Origin: Synechococcales cyanobacterium PMM_0083
GTDB lineage: Bacteria; Cyanobacteriota; Cyanobacteriia; Leptolyngbyales; Leptolyngbyaceae
Length of the DNA: 49,248 nt
Direction: 5' to 3'
Assembly: GCA_949127665.1 (NCBI GenBank)
Contig: CASBQE010000050.1
Coordinates: forward strand, 1-49,248
In this document: in pieces, positions 1 through 11,451 of the stretch
Numbering within the stretch: the stretch's first letter is position 1
Layout of the letters: each line of letters begins with the position of its first letter
The notes under the pieces: model-generated
What the model saw: only the letters and a program-made list of their open reading frames with translations
Database searches by the model: none
Told to the model about the DNA's origin: nothing
Translations under genes and position numbers: made by a program

Positions 1-324
1 GGGCTACACAACTTGCGGCTCACCCATCGTCAACTCAAAGCGGCTTGAGATTGAAATTGCTAGAAGTTCTCTCCTCCCTTGCTTTAGAGTGCTTCACTAT
101 TTCCAATAATGTCTAATGAAAAATCAGAGTGATCTTTAATGCCATAGTCTAAAAATTAGCTGTTAATCTGAAAACGCCTCAAGGTTATGCTTTGAGGCAT
201 TTTGCATTGATAGGGTTGTAAACCTTGGGGTTATAAATATTGCAGCGCTGCAAACTTCTGCCAAGCAGGCATTTAGTATACTGAAGTCTGTTGTTGTTTG
301 TTGGCTCGTAGGAGATTGTTGCTT

Positions 325-2991
325 GTGGCGATCGCAGTCGAAACATTATTGACTCCAGATATTCTTCGACCCGCGCGCTATTTGGGCAATGAGCTGGGTG
401 CGGTACACAAATTGTGGGATGAAGCGGTTGTCCGATGGGCGTTGACTTACCCAGAAGTCTATGAGGTCGGTGCTTCAAACCTGGGGCACATTATCTTATA
501 CAGCATTCTGAATGCTCAACCTCGTCAGTTATGCGATCGCGCCTATCTGCCTGCCGCTGATTTTGTTGCCAAACTTCGCACCACCAACACTCCATTATTC
601 GCAGTCGAATCTCGTCAGGCATTAACCAAATTCGATATCTTGGGGTTTAGCCTCAGCTATGAGTTAGGCGCAACCAATATTCTGGAGATGCTGGATTTGG
701 CTGGCATTCCCCTTACTGCCCAAGAACGCAACGCTTCGGGGATGTGGAATGTGGAGACAGGCAGCTATCCGCTGATCTTCGCTGGGGGGCAAACTGCCAC
801 ATCAAATCCTGAACCCTATGCAGATTTCTTTGACTTTATTGCGCTTGGCGATGGTGAAGAACTCCTACCCGAAATTGGCTTAGTGATTGAAGAAGGCAAA
901 CTCGCTAAGTTAAGCCGTGAAGCGTTGCTGCTCGATCTTGCCCAAGTGCCCGGTGTGTATGTGCCGCAGTTTTATGATTTGGCAGCGGATGGTTCCGTGC
1001 AGCCCAATCGGGCGAAGGTGCCTGCCCGAATTTTACGGCGCGTGGCGACACCGATGCCTGCTTACTCTATTGGGCTAGTGCCTTATGTGGAAACCGTTCA
1101 CGATCGCCTCGTGATTGAAATTCGGCGGGGTTGCACACGAGGATGTCGTTTTTGCCAGCCCGGAATGCTGACTCGCCCAGCGCGAGATGTGGAACCAGAA
1201 GCAGTGATTGACGCGATCGAGCAAGGAATGCGAGCAACCGGATACAACGAATTTTCTTTGCTATCCCTCAGTTGTTCTGACTACTTGGCGCTGCCCGCCG
1301 TGGGCGTAGAAATCAAAAATCGGCTTAAAGATGAAAATATTTCCCTCGCTTTGCCTAGTCAGCGGGTTGATCGCTTTGACGAAAATATTGCCAACATCTT
1401 GGGTGGCACCCGCCAAGGAGGACTCACCTTTGCCCCAGAAGCAGGCACCCAACGCCTGCGGGACATTGTAAATAAAGGGCTGACCAACGAAGAATTGCTG
1501 CGTGGCATCAAAACGGCTCATGAGCAAGGATGGGATCGGGTCAAACTTTACTTCATGATTGGGCTACCCGGCGAAACGGATGTAGATGTAATCGGAATTG
1601 CGGAAACGGTACGCTGGCTGCAACAAGAATGCCGATCTCAAGGCAGGAAGTCGCTTAATTTCAACATCACCATTTCTAACTTTACGCCCAAACCCCATAC
1701 GCCCTTCCAGTGGCACTCGGTTTCTACTGCGGAATTCGCGCGGAAGCAGACCCTCCTAAAATCAGAATTTCGCCACAATCGTGGATTGAAAGTTAATTTC
1801 ACCGATGTCCGCATCTCGGCAATGGAGGACTTTGTGGGCAGAGGCGATCGCCGTTTAGCCCCGGTTATTCTTCGGGCATGGCAACTGGGTGCTGGCATGG
1901 ATGCTTGGTGGGAAAGCTTAGAGCGTGCTTATGGCGCTTGGTCACAGGCGATCGCCGAAGCCGATCTAACTTGGAAATATCGGCAAGTCGAAAACGGTGA
2001 ATGGAACATTTTTGATCAAGCCGAAAATCAGCCTATTTCCACACCCCGCATCCCAGATCCTTCTTTCTACAATGCGCCTCTACCTTGGGATCACCTCGAT
2101 ACAGGCATCGATAAACAGTGGTTGATCGATGATTTGCAACGAGCATTAGCCGCCGCAACCGTGCCGGATTGCTCCTTTGAAGGCTGTTCGCACTGCGGGG
2201 TATGCAGCGTCGATTTTGGACACAATGTGGTTGTGCCACCTCCCGCCATTCCCGAATTTGTCGGGCAGTTCGTGCCCAATCAGCAGCGGGTTCAACGAGT
2301 GCGAGTGTGGTTGGGTAAACAGGGCGATATGGCATTAGTCAGCCATTTGGATTTGATGCGGCTCTACGATCGAGCCGCCCGACGAGCCTCTTTGCCCATC
2401 ACGTTTACAGGCGGGTTTCACCCCGGTCCTCGGATTATTCCCGCAAGCGCTCTGCCGTTGGGCGTAACGAGTTCCGGTGAAATCGTTGACTTTGAATTAA
2501 CTGAATCAATCGATCTAGAAGTATTTAAACTAAAGTTGGCTGCCCAGCTTCCAGCAAATATGCCCATTTATCGAGTGGAACAAATTAGCCTGAGTGCGCC
2601 CGCTGCCACTCAGTTACTTGAGCAGGCAGAGTATGAAATTACGGTGGGTATTGCCGATGAAGAGGAAGGAAACCCCTTCGATCTCCAGCAATGGCAAACT
2701 TGGATTGAAGCGGTGCTGGATAGCCAGGAAATTTGGATAGAACAGACGACTAAATCGGGGAAAACTCATTTAGTAAATTTGCGCGATCGCTTGTTTCACC
2801 TAGAACTGATTCCCTCTGATTGCGCCTCGTTTCTCACTTCTCACCTCTGCCTGAAATACGTCGGTAGCTGCCGCAATGATGGCACATTGTTGCGTCCCGA
2901 TGGGCTGCTTCGGATGCTAGAACAAGTTGCAAACCGAAAGTTACATCTATTCAAAACCCATCGCACCCGCTTGATTTTAAAAACTGCTTAA
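325..2991 (+). CDS. B12-binding radical SAM protein (TIGR03960-like) fused to a C-terminal DUF2344/TIGR03936-like domain
   Basis: CxxxCxxC motif (GCTRGCRFCQ), N-terminal RPARYLGNE and YPEVYEVGASNLG motifs, extra CSFEGCSHCGVC cluster, C-terminal SHLDLMRLYDRAARR...GGFHPGPR domain. GTG at 325 follows AGGAG (310-314); ORF track starts at 298. Confidence 0.88.
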   Translation: MAIAVETLLTPDILRPARYLGNELGAVHKLWDEAVVRWALTYPEVYEVGASNLGHIILYSILNAQPRQLCDRAYLPAADFVAKLRTTNTPLFAVESRQALTKFDILGFSLSYELGATNILEMLDLAGIPLTAQERNASGMWNVETGSYPLIFAGGQTATSNPEPYADFFDFIALGDGEELLPEIGLVIEEGKLAKLSREALLLDLAQVPGVYVPQFYDLAADGSVQPNRAKVPARILRRVATPMPAYSIGLVPYVETVHDRLVIEIRRGCTRGCRFCQPGMLTRPARDVEPEAVIDAIEQGMRATGYNEFSLLSLSCSDYLALPAVGVEIKNRLKDENISLALPSQRVDRFDENIANILGGTRQGGLTFAPEAGTQRLRDIVNKGLTNEELLRGIKTAHEQGWDRVKLYFMIGLPGETDVDVIGIAETVRWLQQECRSQGRKSLNFNITISNFTPKPHTPFQWHSVSTAEFARKQTLLKSEFRHNRGLKVNFTDVRISAMEDFVGRGDRRLAPVILRAWQLGAGMDAWWESLERAYGAWSQAIAEADLTWKYRQVENGEWNIFDQAENQPISTPRIPDPSFYNAPLPWDHLDTGIDKQWLIDDLQRALAAATVPDCSFEGCSHCGVCSVDFGHNVVVPPPAIPEFVGQFVPNQQRVQRVRVWLGKQGDMALVSHLDLMRLYDRAARRASLPITFTGGFHPGPRIIPASALPLGVTSSGEIVDFELTESIDLEVFKLKLAAQLPANMPIYRVEQISLSAPAATQLLEQAEYEITVGIADEEEGNPFDLQQWQTWIEAVLDSQEIWIEQTTKSGKTHLVNLRDRLFHLELIPSDCASFLTSHLCLKYVGSCRNDGTLLRPDGLLRMLEQVANRKLHLFKTHRTRLILKTA

Positions 2992-3516
2992 AACTCTACG
3001 ATTTGCAGCAATGTCATCTACCCTAAGATGCTTTCAATTTAAGCCAAAAGCGAGTGTTCATTCACCTCTACCTTTTGATTTGTATCCTTTCACGGGATGA
3101 CACAGGCTTAATCACAAAGCTGAAATCCATTAAAATTAATATCTCAGTAGCCTCTGCACGTTATAATGCTCATCAATAGAAGCTGTTGCGGACTGGGAAT
3201 ACCTGGGGAACCGCTTCATACGCCAGTGTTAATACTGGGAGCAGCTTGCTTCACTAAGCTTTCTACTCATGAACAAGATCTTGATACCCTAATGAATATG
3301 GGCTTTCCAGTCTTGGATATAGTTGTTTGGCTCAGTTATTCTGCGTTGGGGCTAGCTGTTTTTAGGCTCTTCACCTAGCTTGGATGAGAGTTTTTTTGCT
3401 GCATCTGCAAGCCCGATGGCTTCTATCGCTTTCAAAAATTGTTTTTACCCCCGATGGGTGGTTCATAAGCAGGACGCTTGCCACTCAGTGCGATCGCTGA
3501 ATCTTGAGGAAACTGA

Positions 3517-5790
3517 ATGCCGAAACAAATTATTATCGCGGAACAGCACCGCATTGCTGCTGTTTTTTCAGAAGATCAAATTCAAGAGCTAATTGTTGCC
3601 ACTGGAACTCACCAAGTCAGTGATGTTTTCCTAGGAGTTGTTGAAAATGTGCTGCCTGGGATTGATGCCGCATTTGTCAACATTGGAGACTCTGACCGAA
3701 ATGGCTTCATTCATGTTACAGATTTGGGTCCTTTAAAACTGCAACGAGCCGCCGGATCGATTACCGAACTGCTGCGCCCCCAGCAAAAAGTGCTGGTGCA
3801 GGTGATGAAAGAGCCGACTGGCAATAAAGGACCTCGCCTCACTGGAAATATTTCTTTCCCTGGTCGATATCTGGTCTTAATGCCCCATGGAAAAGGAGTG
3901 AATCTTTCACGCCGAATTCGCAATGAGAACGAACGCAATCGTTTAAGAGCTTTAGCAATTTTGATTAAACCTGCTGGCATGGGTTTGGTCGTGCGAACTG
4001 AAGCGGAAGGTGTGCCGGAAGAAGCCATCATCGAAGATTTGGAAGCACTACAAGAGCAATGGGAAACAATTTGCCGAGAAGCGGCTTCAACTCGTGCCCC
4101 AGCCCTGCTAAATCGAGATGATGATTTTATTCAGCGGGTGTTGCGAGATGTCTACAGTAGCGATGTGAATCGGATTGTGGCAGATTCACACACTGGCTTG
4201 AGACGAATCAAACAGCATTTAACAACTTGGGGCGGCGGCAAATTACCTCAAGGCGTTTTGATTGATCATCACCGCGATCGCGCCTCAATTTTAGAATACT
4301 TCCGCATCAATGCCGCGATTCGAGAAGCACTTAAACCTAGAGTTGACTTGCCTTCTGGTGGCTATATTATTATTGAGCGCACCGAAGCTTTAACCGTGGT
4401 TGACGTAAACTCTGGTTCCTTTACGCGGTCTGCAACGGCACGAGAAACAGTCCTGTGGACAAACTGTGAAGCTGCAACCGAAATTGCTCGTCAACTTCGT
4501 CTACGCAACATCGCCGGAGTCATCATTGTAGATTTCATTGATATGGAATCTCGCCGCGACCAATTGCAAGTGCTGGAACATTTCAATAAAGCGCTGAGAT
4601 CGGATAAAGCCCGCCCTCAGATTGCCCAACTGACGGAATTAGGGTTGATTGAACTAACCCGAAAGCGCCAAGGTAAAAACATTTACGAACTATTTGGACG
4701 TGCTTGCCCAACTTGTAGTGGCACGGGGCAAATAATCCATTTGCCAGGTGAACTCGATCACTCCGATGAAGAGGTCGCTGAGAATTCTGTCGTCACTCCA
4801 ATTCGGGAGTATCGTGCAGACCGTGGAGCTACACGGGGACGAGAGCTACCGAGTCGTGAGTTACCTGATATTTCTCTGCCTGCTGAATTTCCTTGGGAAG
4901 AACGGGAAGACGAAGACGCAGACGATATGCAAGAGATGCTCAGCCATCCCAATTATCAAGAAGTAGGAGGCAACAATCGCCGCCGCCGCCGCCGCCGCAC
5001 CGGTGAGGAACCACCGACTACTAGTCGCGATCGTGGGCGGGGTGCTCCCTGGGGCGAAAGCCGGATGCCAAGCAGACTTCCTAACAATGGAGCAGAAGAT
5101 CATCCGCCGGATGGAGATATTGCTGGGGAAGAGGTTGTTGAAAAGCCTAGAGAGCGGGAAGTGCCTCGTGGGCGACGCGATTCCCGTGAGGGAGCCGCTT
5201 TACGCGATCGCATTCGTCCAGAGAGTATTCGTCCAGACAATGGATTAGAGCAGGGAGAGATAGCAGAAGAGAAAGAGGCGGTTGTTTCATCTGAAATAGA
5301 GGAAAAGCGAGGGCGCTCTCGGCGTGAAAGTAAGCCTATAGAACCCCCAGAGATGGTGATGGTTGAAATGACTCCCGAAGAGCAAGAGGTTTATGCTTGG
5401 ATGGGCGTTTCTCCGTTGGTGTTGTCTCAACAAGAGGTGAAAAATCCTAGATCAGCAGTTATTTCGGTTGTTCTACCCGGACAAGCCCCTCCAGTTCAAT
5501 TAATAGTCGATGCATTAGAACCATCTACTGCAAAAGTGAACTCATTGGAGCCAGCCGCAGAGCGAGAAGAATTTAACTACAGCTCACCCGCAGAAGAAAA
5601 GCAGGAAATAGCGATCGCCGCTCCGATCAAAATCATTCCAAAGTTGCCAAACATCGCACTTGAGGCTATGGAACCAGAACTGCAAATAGAAACACCAGAA
5701 CTGGAACTAGAACCAGAACCAGAGCCAGAACCAGACAATGGCATTGTTCGCCGTCGTCGCCGCCGTTCCTCTGCCAGCACAACTGATTAA
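3517..5790 (+). CDS. rne: Ribonuclease E (Rne/Rng family)
   Basis: S1 domain (VLPGIDAAFVNIG), VDVNSG, IIVDFIDM, CPTCSG Zn-link, long disordered C-terminus ending RRRRRRSSA as in cyanobacterial RNase E. Confidence 0.96.
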   Translation: MPKQIIIAEQHRIAAVFSEDQIQELIVATGTHQVSDVFLGVVENVLPGIDAAFVNIGDSDRNGFIHVTDLGPLKLQRAAGSITELLRPQQKVLVQVMKEPTGNKGPRLTGNISFPGRYLVLMPHGKGVNLSRRIRNENERNRLRALAILIKPAGMGLVVRTEAEGVPEEAIIEDLEALQEQWETICREAASTRAPALLNRDDDFIQRVLRDVYSSDVNRIVADSHTGLRRIKQHLTTWGGGKLPQGVLIDHHRDRASILEYFRINAAIREALKPRVDLPSGGYIIIERTEALTVVDVNSGSFTRSATARETVLWTNCEAATEIARQLRLRNIAGVIIVDFIDMESRRDQLQVLEHFNKALRSDKARPQIAQLTELGLIELTRKRQGKNIYELFGRACPTCSGTGQIIHLPGELDHSDEEVAENSVVTPIREYRADRGATRGRELPSRELPDISLPAEFPWEEREDEDADDMQEMLSHPNYQEVGGNNRRRRRRRTGEEPPTTSRDRGRGAPWGESRMPSRLPNNGAEDHPPDGDIAGEEVVEKPREREVPRGRRDSREGAALRDRIRPESIRPDNGLEQGEIAEEKEAVVSSEIEEKRGRSRRESKPIEPPEMVMVEMTPEEQEVYAWMGVSPLVLSQQEVKNPRSAVISVVLPGQAPPVQLIVDALEPSTAKVNSLEPAAEREEFNYSSPAEEKQEIAIAAPIKIIPKLPNIALEAMEPELQIETPELELEPEPEPEPDNGIVRRRRRRSSASTTD

Positions 5791-5803
5791 CCAGCGTTGG
5801 AGT

Positions 5804-6484
5804 ATGGTACGCAGGAAATCACTCACGGTTGATCAGCTTGAACTTCTAGAGCTAATCAACTCTAGGGATTCCAGCCTGATTATTGCCGGAGTAGACGAGG
5901 TGGGACGTGGAGCACTATTTGGTCCAGTGGTTGCGGCAGCAGTGATTTTGCCCAGTAGTGCCTTAGCTGATTTAGCGATCGCTGGAGTAACTGATAGCAA
6001 ACTTTTGTCTCCATCAGAACGTCAACGACTAGCGGTACAAATTCGATCTGCTGCGGTTGCCTACCAGATTGGCTACGCTTCAGTCCGAGAAATTGATCGG
6101 CTGAACATCTTGCAATCATCACTCTTGGCAATGAAACGAGCGATCTTGAGATTAGCCGTCCAGCCAAATTTTTGCTTGGTTGATGGGAATCAGCGGATAC
6201 CTGAATTGGCGATTCCGCAAAAAACTTTAGTCAAAGGAGATCAAAAATCCACTGTCATTGCTGCCGCTAGCATCCTTGCTAAGGTTTGGCGAGATGAACT
6301 GCTGACTCGGCTAGCATTGCGCTACCCACAATATGGTCTCGCAACGAACAAAGGCTATGGCACTCCTATTCATCGACAAGCAATTCACAAATACGGCATC
6401 ACGCCTTATCACCGTAAATCGTTTAGTCCCTGTCGCCTAGCACTTTTGGAACATAGCTCCAATCATTTAAGTCAGGAAAATTAG
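5804..6484 (+). CDS. rnhB: Ribonuclease HII
   Basis: IAGVDEVGRGALFGPVVAAAV, DSK, DGN, KGD, AAASILAKV, NKGYGT motifs. ATG 5804 after GGAG preferred over 5738. Confidence 0.95.
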   Translation: MVRRKSLTVDQLELLELINSRDSSLIIAGVDEVGRGALFGPVVAAAVILPSSALADLAIAGVTDSKLLSPSERQRLAVQIRSAAVAYQIGYASVREIDRLNILQSSLLAMKRAILRLAVQPNFCLVDGNQRIPELAIPQKTLVKGDQKSTVIAAASILAKVWRDELLTRLALRYPQYGLATNKGYGTPIHRQAIHKYGITPYHRKSFSPCRLALLEHSSNHLSQEN

Positions 6485-7080
6485 CTTAGAAAACTACTAG
6501 CAGGTAACGTTCCAGACTGATTTAAAGTTTCGTCCTCAAGTTGCGCGATCGCCCACGTTCGATAGTCTAACAACAGTTGATAAATTAACCGCTGTTTGAT
6601 AGTCAGTAAAACACTTTTCAACAGTCCATTGCCTGTGGTTTCTAAAATGGATTTAGGGGTGAACCAAAGCGGCGGCGGCAAATCTACCAATACTTCCAAA
6701 TCAGCTTTACCCCTCAATCGAGTTTCTTTTTGGTCATTAACAACTTGATTAATAACTTGCAAGTGACCCGTCAAATTTAACGAAAATCTCTGGTTAATAT
6801 ACTCAACCCCGCGAATTTCACAGCGGACTGACTGCAACCGCACAACCCCATCCGATTCTGCCCAAACCCGCATATCTACAGTAGGTTGTAAACTCAACAT
6901 CATGAATTTGAGTGGGCGCATCTTCAACCGAAACAGGTCATTGCCCAAAAGTTCAATTTTACTAGAGCCTGCTAAAGCATTGATCAGCCGTTGAGGTTGA
7001 CGCAGATAGTGCTGAATCGGCACGGGCTGCTCAACAACAGGAATATCCACCGATTGAGAAGCTAAAAACTGAATATCCAT
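6481..7080 (-). CDS. DUF1997 domain protein
   Basis: HYLRQPQRL...LQPTVDMRV...GNGLLKSVLLTIKQRL pattern typical of cyanobacterial DUF1997. Confidence 0.8.
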   Translation of the reverse strand: MDIQFLASQSVDIPVVEQPVPIQHYLRQPQRLINALAGSSKIELLGNDLFRLKMRPLKFMMLSLQPTVDMRVWAESDGVVRLQSVRCEIRGVEYINQRFSLNLTGHLQVINQVVNDQKETRLRGKADLEVLVDLPPPLWFTPKSILETTGNGLLKSVLLTIKQRLIYQLLLDYRTWAIAQLEDETLNQSGTLPASSFLS

Positions 7081-7452
7081 TTGAAGCGCAAGTGAAAAGA
7101 GAAGGATAAAATGTAGCGAATTACCACTGATTTTAAAGAATTAAAAAGAAAAAATCCTCAACCCTCTCAGGTAAAAACTACCCTACAACTCAAGTATATT
7201 CCTCATTGCCGTTTAGAGTAGCAGCCTTTCTGGCTTAACTCTAATACGCATCCATATCGAAGAAAGTTTTTCGAGCCACAGCCTAAAATTCTAGAGATTA
7301 CTTTAGTGAAAGAATCTATCTGCAAGCTTGGGGCTTAACGAAGATGAAGTGCTGTAACAACCCTGAGAATTTAGACCCTTAGTCAGAGGGTAAGGCGTAT
7401 GTTGAAAAGCAACGGTTAACAGTCGGTTAGGTGTAGGAAGGATTAGAACAAG

Positions 7453-8313
7453 ATGGCAGTATCGATCGCACATTTAGGACCCTCTGGTACCTACGCTGAA
7501 GCTGCGGCTTTGGTCTATTCCAACTGGCTAGCTCAGAGTTTTCAGCAGGAGGCGTTACTGTGCCCTTATCCTAGTATTGCTCAAACGCTGAATGCGGTTG
7601 CACTGCAACAGGCAGATTTAGCCGTGGTGCCGATCGAAAACTCGATTGAAGGCAGTGTGACAATGACTCTTGACACGCTTTGGATTTTGGATAAGCTGCA
7701 AATTCAGCGAGCGCTCATATTACCGATTTCCCATGCTTTGATGTCTCATGCAACTAGAATTGAGTCGATTCAAACAATCTATTCACATCCACAAGCGCTG
7801 GCCCAATGTCAGGCTTGGTTAGAGCGCCATCGTCCGAATGCACAGTTGATTCCGACAAACTCTACAACGGAAGCCCTGCAACAACTTGAACACGATAGGC
7901 AGGCTGGAGCCATTTCCTCTCAAAGAGCAGCGTTGCTATATAAAGTGCCGATTTTGGCTCACCCAATTAATGATCACCCTGATAATTGCACTCGTTTTTG
8001 GGTGTTAGGCTTACAGTCCTCACCAGGGGGAACCCATGCCTCGCTTGCTTTTAGTGTGCATGATATGCCTGGAGCCTTAGTTAAGCCACTGGATATTTTT
8101 GCCCAACAAGGAATTAATCTGAGTCGGATTGAATCTCGCCCGACAAAGCGATCGCTCGGTGACTATCTATTTTTTATTGATTTAGAGGCTGATACTCGCC
8201 AAAGCTTTGTTCAATCGGCTTTAGAAGAATTGAGACATCATACAGATACGCTAAAAGTATTAGGGTGTTACGACATCTTGCCTAAGAGAATCGTAGATTT
8301 AGCTAATTTGTGA
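7453..8313 (+). CDS. pheA: Prephenate dehydratase
   Basis: LGPSGTYAE, PIENSIEGSV, SHPQALAQC, NCTRF, ACT domain with LSRIESRP. Confidence 0.95.
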   Translation: MAVSIAHLGPSGTYAEAAALVYSNWLAQSFQQEALLCPYPSIAQTLNAVALQQADLAVVPIENSIEGSVTMTLDTLWILDKLQIQRALILPISHALMSHATRIESIQTIYSHPQALAQCQAWLERHRPNAQLIPTNSTTEALQQLEHDRQAGAISSQRAALLYKVPILAHPINDHPDNCTRFWVLGLQSSPGGTHASLAFSVHDMPGALVKPLDIFAQQGINLSRIESRPTKRSLGDYLFFIDLEADTRQSFVQSALEELRHHTDTLKVLGCYDILPKRIVDLANL

Positions 8314-9213
8314 AGCTGAAGGTTGAGCAGCTAGACAGTCGATCTTCAGAAAATTGGCTAAGTGCTGCAAGTAGGTCGGCGCATCCTCCAGCATTGGGAA
8401 GTGAGCTGTATCAGACATTACGACTAACTGAATGTAATCACGATTGAGGGCAGCGGCTTTTTGTCCTAGTTCGGCTGCAATAATGATGTCGCGATCGCCC
8501 GAAATCATCAAAGTTGGAACTGTTAGTCGAGAAAATTCTCCAGGCATCTCTTCAGCCGCTTTCTGGCTAACGCAGGTGAAAATCGTCCCTACTGCCGCTT
8601 CATAATCTGCCATCAAAAAATCATTTAAAAAGTCGCGGCTGATTGTTCCCGACAGCGGACGGTGCAAGAAGCGCTGCATAAATAGGCGATCCATCAATGG
8701 CAGTTGATAGAGCCAGCGGGGGCGAAACTTTACAACATAGCCGCCAAAAGTGTAAAACGCCTCGAACGATTTTTTGTCATATTCAAAAATGCCGCTGCAA
8801 GTCAAGATTGCTTGGTGAACTCGCTCTGGATAGAGGTTTAGAAAAAAAACTGCGATCGAAGCACCCATTGAGTGAGCGTTAAGGTAGATCTTCTCTAGTC
8901 CAAGCGTGTTTAATAGCTCAACAAGATCATGGGCATAGGTTTCTAATTCATAGCTAGGAGGCGTGTCTTTTAGAGGACTGTCGTCTGCTAAAGCGGCAGA
9001 ATTAGCAAAGGTCGATCGCCCAAAGCCCCGCATATCATAGAGGAGGCAGTCAAAAGTGGTGGAAATTGCCTGGGCAGTACTCTCCCAATATCGAGCAGAG
9101 CCACCCCAACCATGAACAAAGACCATCACTGGCTTACCAGCAGGCTGAGCATCTCCCGATGAGGTAATCCACTCGTAATAGTGGCTAATCCCGTTAATTA
9201 GACTATGTGGCAT
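8299..9213 (-). CDS. Alpha/beta fold hydrolase
   Basis: VHGWGG, DMRGFGRS, nucleophile elbow AHSMG, GDRD, HFPMLE. Confidence 0.9.
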   Translation of the reverse strand: MPHSLINGISHYYEWITSSGDAQPAGKPVMVFVHGWGGSARYWESTAQAISTTFDCLLYDMRGFGRSTFANSAALADDSPLKDTPPSYELETYAHDLVELLNTLGLEKIYLNAHSMGASIAVFFLNLYPERVHQAILTCSGIFEYDKKSFEAFYTFGGYVVKFRPRWLYQLPLMDRLFMQRFLHRPLSGTISRDFLNDFLMADYEAAVGTIFTCVSQKAAEEMPGEFSRLTVPTLMISGDRDIIIAAELGQKAAALNRDYIQLVVMSDTAHFPMLEDAPTYLQHLANFLKIDCLAAQPSASQIS

Positions 9214-9284
9214 GGTTTAAACACAGATGGAATCTATATAAAGGCGCAGTTTTGAACCTTCATAGTCATTAGGCATTGAACCTT

Positions 9285-10628
9285 CTAGGCAGATTCTGGC
9301 TTTGGTAATGACGAAGGATGAAGCAACAACTCGGCAGTGGAGCGCTTTTCAACCATCTCGCGAGTGATGGTGCAACAGGTGACATCCTTCCGAGATGGCA
9401 ATTCATACATCACATCTAGCATTAGCTCTTCAACAATGCTACGAAGCGCCCGCGCTCCTGTTTTACGACGGTATCCTTCTTGCGCGATCGCCCGGATTGC
9501 ATCCTGCTTAAATTCAAGAATGACATTATCCATCTTCAGCAGCTTTTGATATTGCTTTACTAGAGCATTGCGCGGCTCGGTCAAAATAGCGGTTAAGGTA
9601 TCTTCATCCAAGGGATCGACCACTGCCATCGCTGGAATGCGCCCAATAAACTCTGGAATCATGCCAAACTTGACGAGATCATCAGGCTCAAGATGCTTCA
9701 ACATATCAGCCGTGCGTTTGTCTTTTGATTGGGTATCGCCTGGTTGAATAAAGCCAATTGATTTTCTGCCAATTCGTTGCTCGATCGCCTTATCCAATCC
9801 AACAAAAGCACCGCCGCAGATAAACAAAATATTGCTGGTGTCAATTTGAATGCAGTCTTGATAAGGATGTTTGCGTCCACCCTGCGGCGGAACATTCGCG
9901 ATCGTGCCTTCAAGCATTTTTAGGAGGGCTTGCTGAACTCCCTCTCCCGACACATCCCGTGTAATAGAAGGATTCTCACTTTTCCGAGCAATCTTATCAA
10001 TTTCATCAATATAAATGATGCCGCGTTGGGCTTCTTCCACGTCTAAATCGGCTACTTGCAATAAACGTAGCAAGATATTTTCCACATCTTCGCCAACATA
10101 ACCTGCCTCAGTTAGGGTAGTAGCATCTGCTACCGCAAAGGGAACCTCCAAAATTTCAGCCAAAGTCTGAGCAAGCAGGGTCTTACCGCAGCCTGTGGGT
10201 CCGATTAGCAAAATATTAGACTTTTGCAATTCTATAGAATCTTCCGGCGCAATTTTCCCATTTCCTTTAGCCTGCAAAAAGCTTAGCCGCTTGTAATGGT
10301 TGTAGACCGCAACTGAAAGCACCTTTTTTGCATCATCTTGACCAATGACGTGATCGTCTAAATAACCCTTAATCTCGCGGGGTTTTGGAAGCTGACCCAG
10401 GGAAATATTAGACGATCGCGACTTCCGTTTTTCAGGAGAGGCTTCTCGCCGGGGGACAGGTTGAGGAGCCGTCGCACTAGAGTCAAACAACTCTTCATCC
10501 AAAATCTCGTTGCATAAGTCTACACATTCATCACAAATGTAAACTCCGGGTCCAGCAATCAATTTGCGAACCTGCTCTTGAGATTTGCCACAAAAAGAAC
10601 ATTTCAGATGAGAGTCGTACTTAGACAT
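9285..10628 (-). CDS. clpX: ATP-dependent Clp protease ATP-binding subunit ClpX
   Basis: CSFCGK zinc finger, Walker A GPTGCGKT, Walker [12 protein letters not shown] loop. Confidence 0.98.
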   Translation of the reverse strand: MSKYDSHLKCSFCGKSQEQVRKLIAGPGVYICDECVDLCNEILDEELFDSSATAPQPVPRREASPEKRKSRSSNISLGQLPKPREIKGYLDDHVIGQDDAKKVLSVAVYNHYKRLSFLQAKGNGKIAPEDSIELQKSNILLIGPTGCGKTLLAQTLAEILEVPFAVADATTLTEAGYVGEDVENILLRLLQVADLDVEEAQRGIIYIDEIDKIARKSENPSITRDVSGEGVQQALLKMLEGTIANVPPQGGRKHPYQDCIQIDTSNILFICGGAFVGLDKAIEQRIGRKSIGFIQPGDTQSKDKRTADMLKHLEPDDLVKFGMIPEFIGRIPAMAVVDPLDEDTLTAILTEPRNALVKQYQKLLKMDNVILEFKQDAIRAIAQEGYRRKTGARALRSIVEELMLDVMYELPSRKDVTCCTITREMVEKRSTAELLLHPSSLPKPESA

Positions 10629-10642
10629 ATGTTCCTCTTAGC

Positions 10643-11332
10643 CTATACCGCAGCCACATCCTCTCCCGGTTGCGGAAGATTTTGCCTAACAATCACTTGA
10701 TCGATCAGACCATAGTTCTTTGCTTCCTCGGCAGACATGAAAAAATCTCTTTCTGTATCTGCCTCCAATTTTTCAAATGGTTGCTTTGTGTGATAAGACA
10801 TTAGCTCATTCAGCTTCCGCTTATGATAAAGAATTTCTTTAGCCTGAATTTCAATGTCTACTGCCTGTCCTTGGGCACCCCCAAGCGGTTGGTGGATCAT
10901 AATCCGAGAGCTAGGAAGTGACATTCTTTTGCCAAATGCACCTGCTGTTAACAGGAAAGCTCCCATGCTTGCCGCTAATCCAAAGCAGATTGTAGCAACA
11001 TCACAGCGAACCTGCTGCATTGTGTCATAAATTGCCATGCCAGCCGTGACAGAGCCGCCCGGAGAATTGACGTAGAACTGAATGTCTTTTTCGGGATCTT
11101 CTGCCTCCAAAAAGAGCATTTGAGCCACGATAGAATCTGCGACTGCATCATCTACAGGGGTGCCTAAGAATATAATGCGTTCTCTCAAAAGCCGCGAATA
11201 AATATCGAAGGCGCGCTCTCCTCGCCCTGCTTGTTCAACCACCATTGGGATAACATTACTGGGGCTTAGAGAGGAAACATCCAAAGGATTAAAGCTGGTT
11301 ACTAGGTAGTTAGCAGAGTTAGATGTAAGCAT
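10643..11332 (-). CDS. clpP: ATP-dependent Clp protease proteolytic subunit
   Basis: [39 protein letters not shown]. Exact start uncertain. Confidence 0.97.
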   Translation of the reverse strand: MLTSNSANYLVTSFNPLDVSSLSPSNVIPMVVEQAGRGERAFDIYSRLLRERIIFLGTPVDDAVADSIVAQMLFLEAEDPEKDIQFYVNSPGGSVTAGMAIYDTMQQVRCDVATICFGLAASMGAFLLTAGAFGKRMSLPSSRIMIHQPLGGAQGQAVDIEIQAKEILYHKRKLNELMSYHTKQPFEKLEADTERDFFMSAEEAKNYGLIDQVIVRQNLPQPGEDVAAV

Positions 11333-11451
11333 AATCGGCGTTTTGCCTAAAATTATTCAAATTCAGATTGGAGAGTAGTACTTCTGCCGATCGCACAAGC
11401 CTACTTCATTATGCCTCAACTAATTAAGGACTTGGGAAAGCCTAAGAAAGG

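Noticed and set aside
3166-3592. Two 70-aa ORFs upstream of rne
   Set aside because: No recognisable motifs; better explained as the rne leader.
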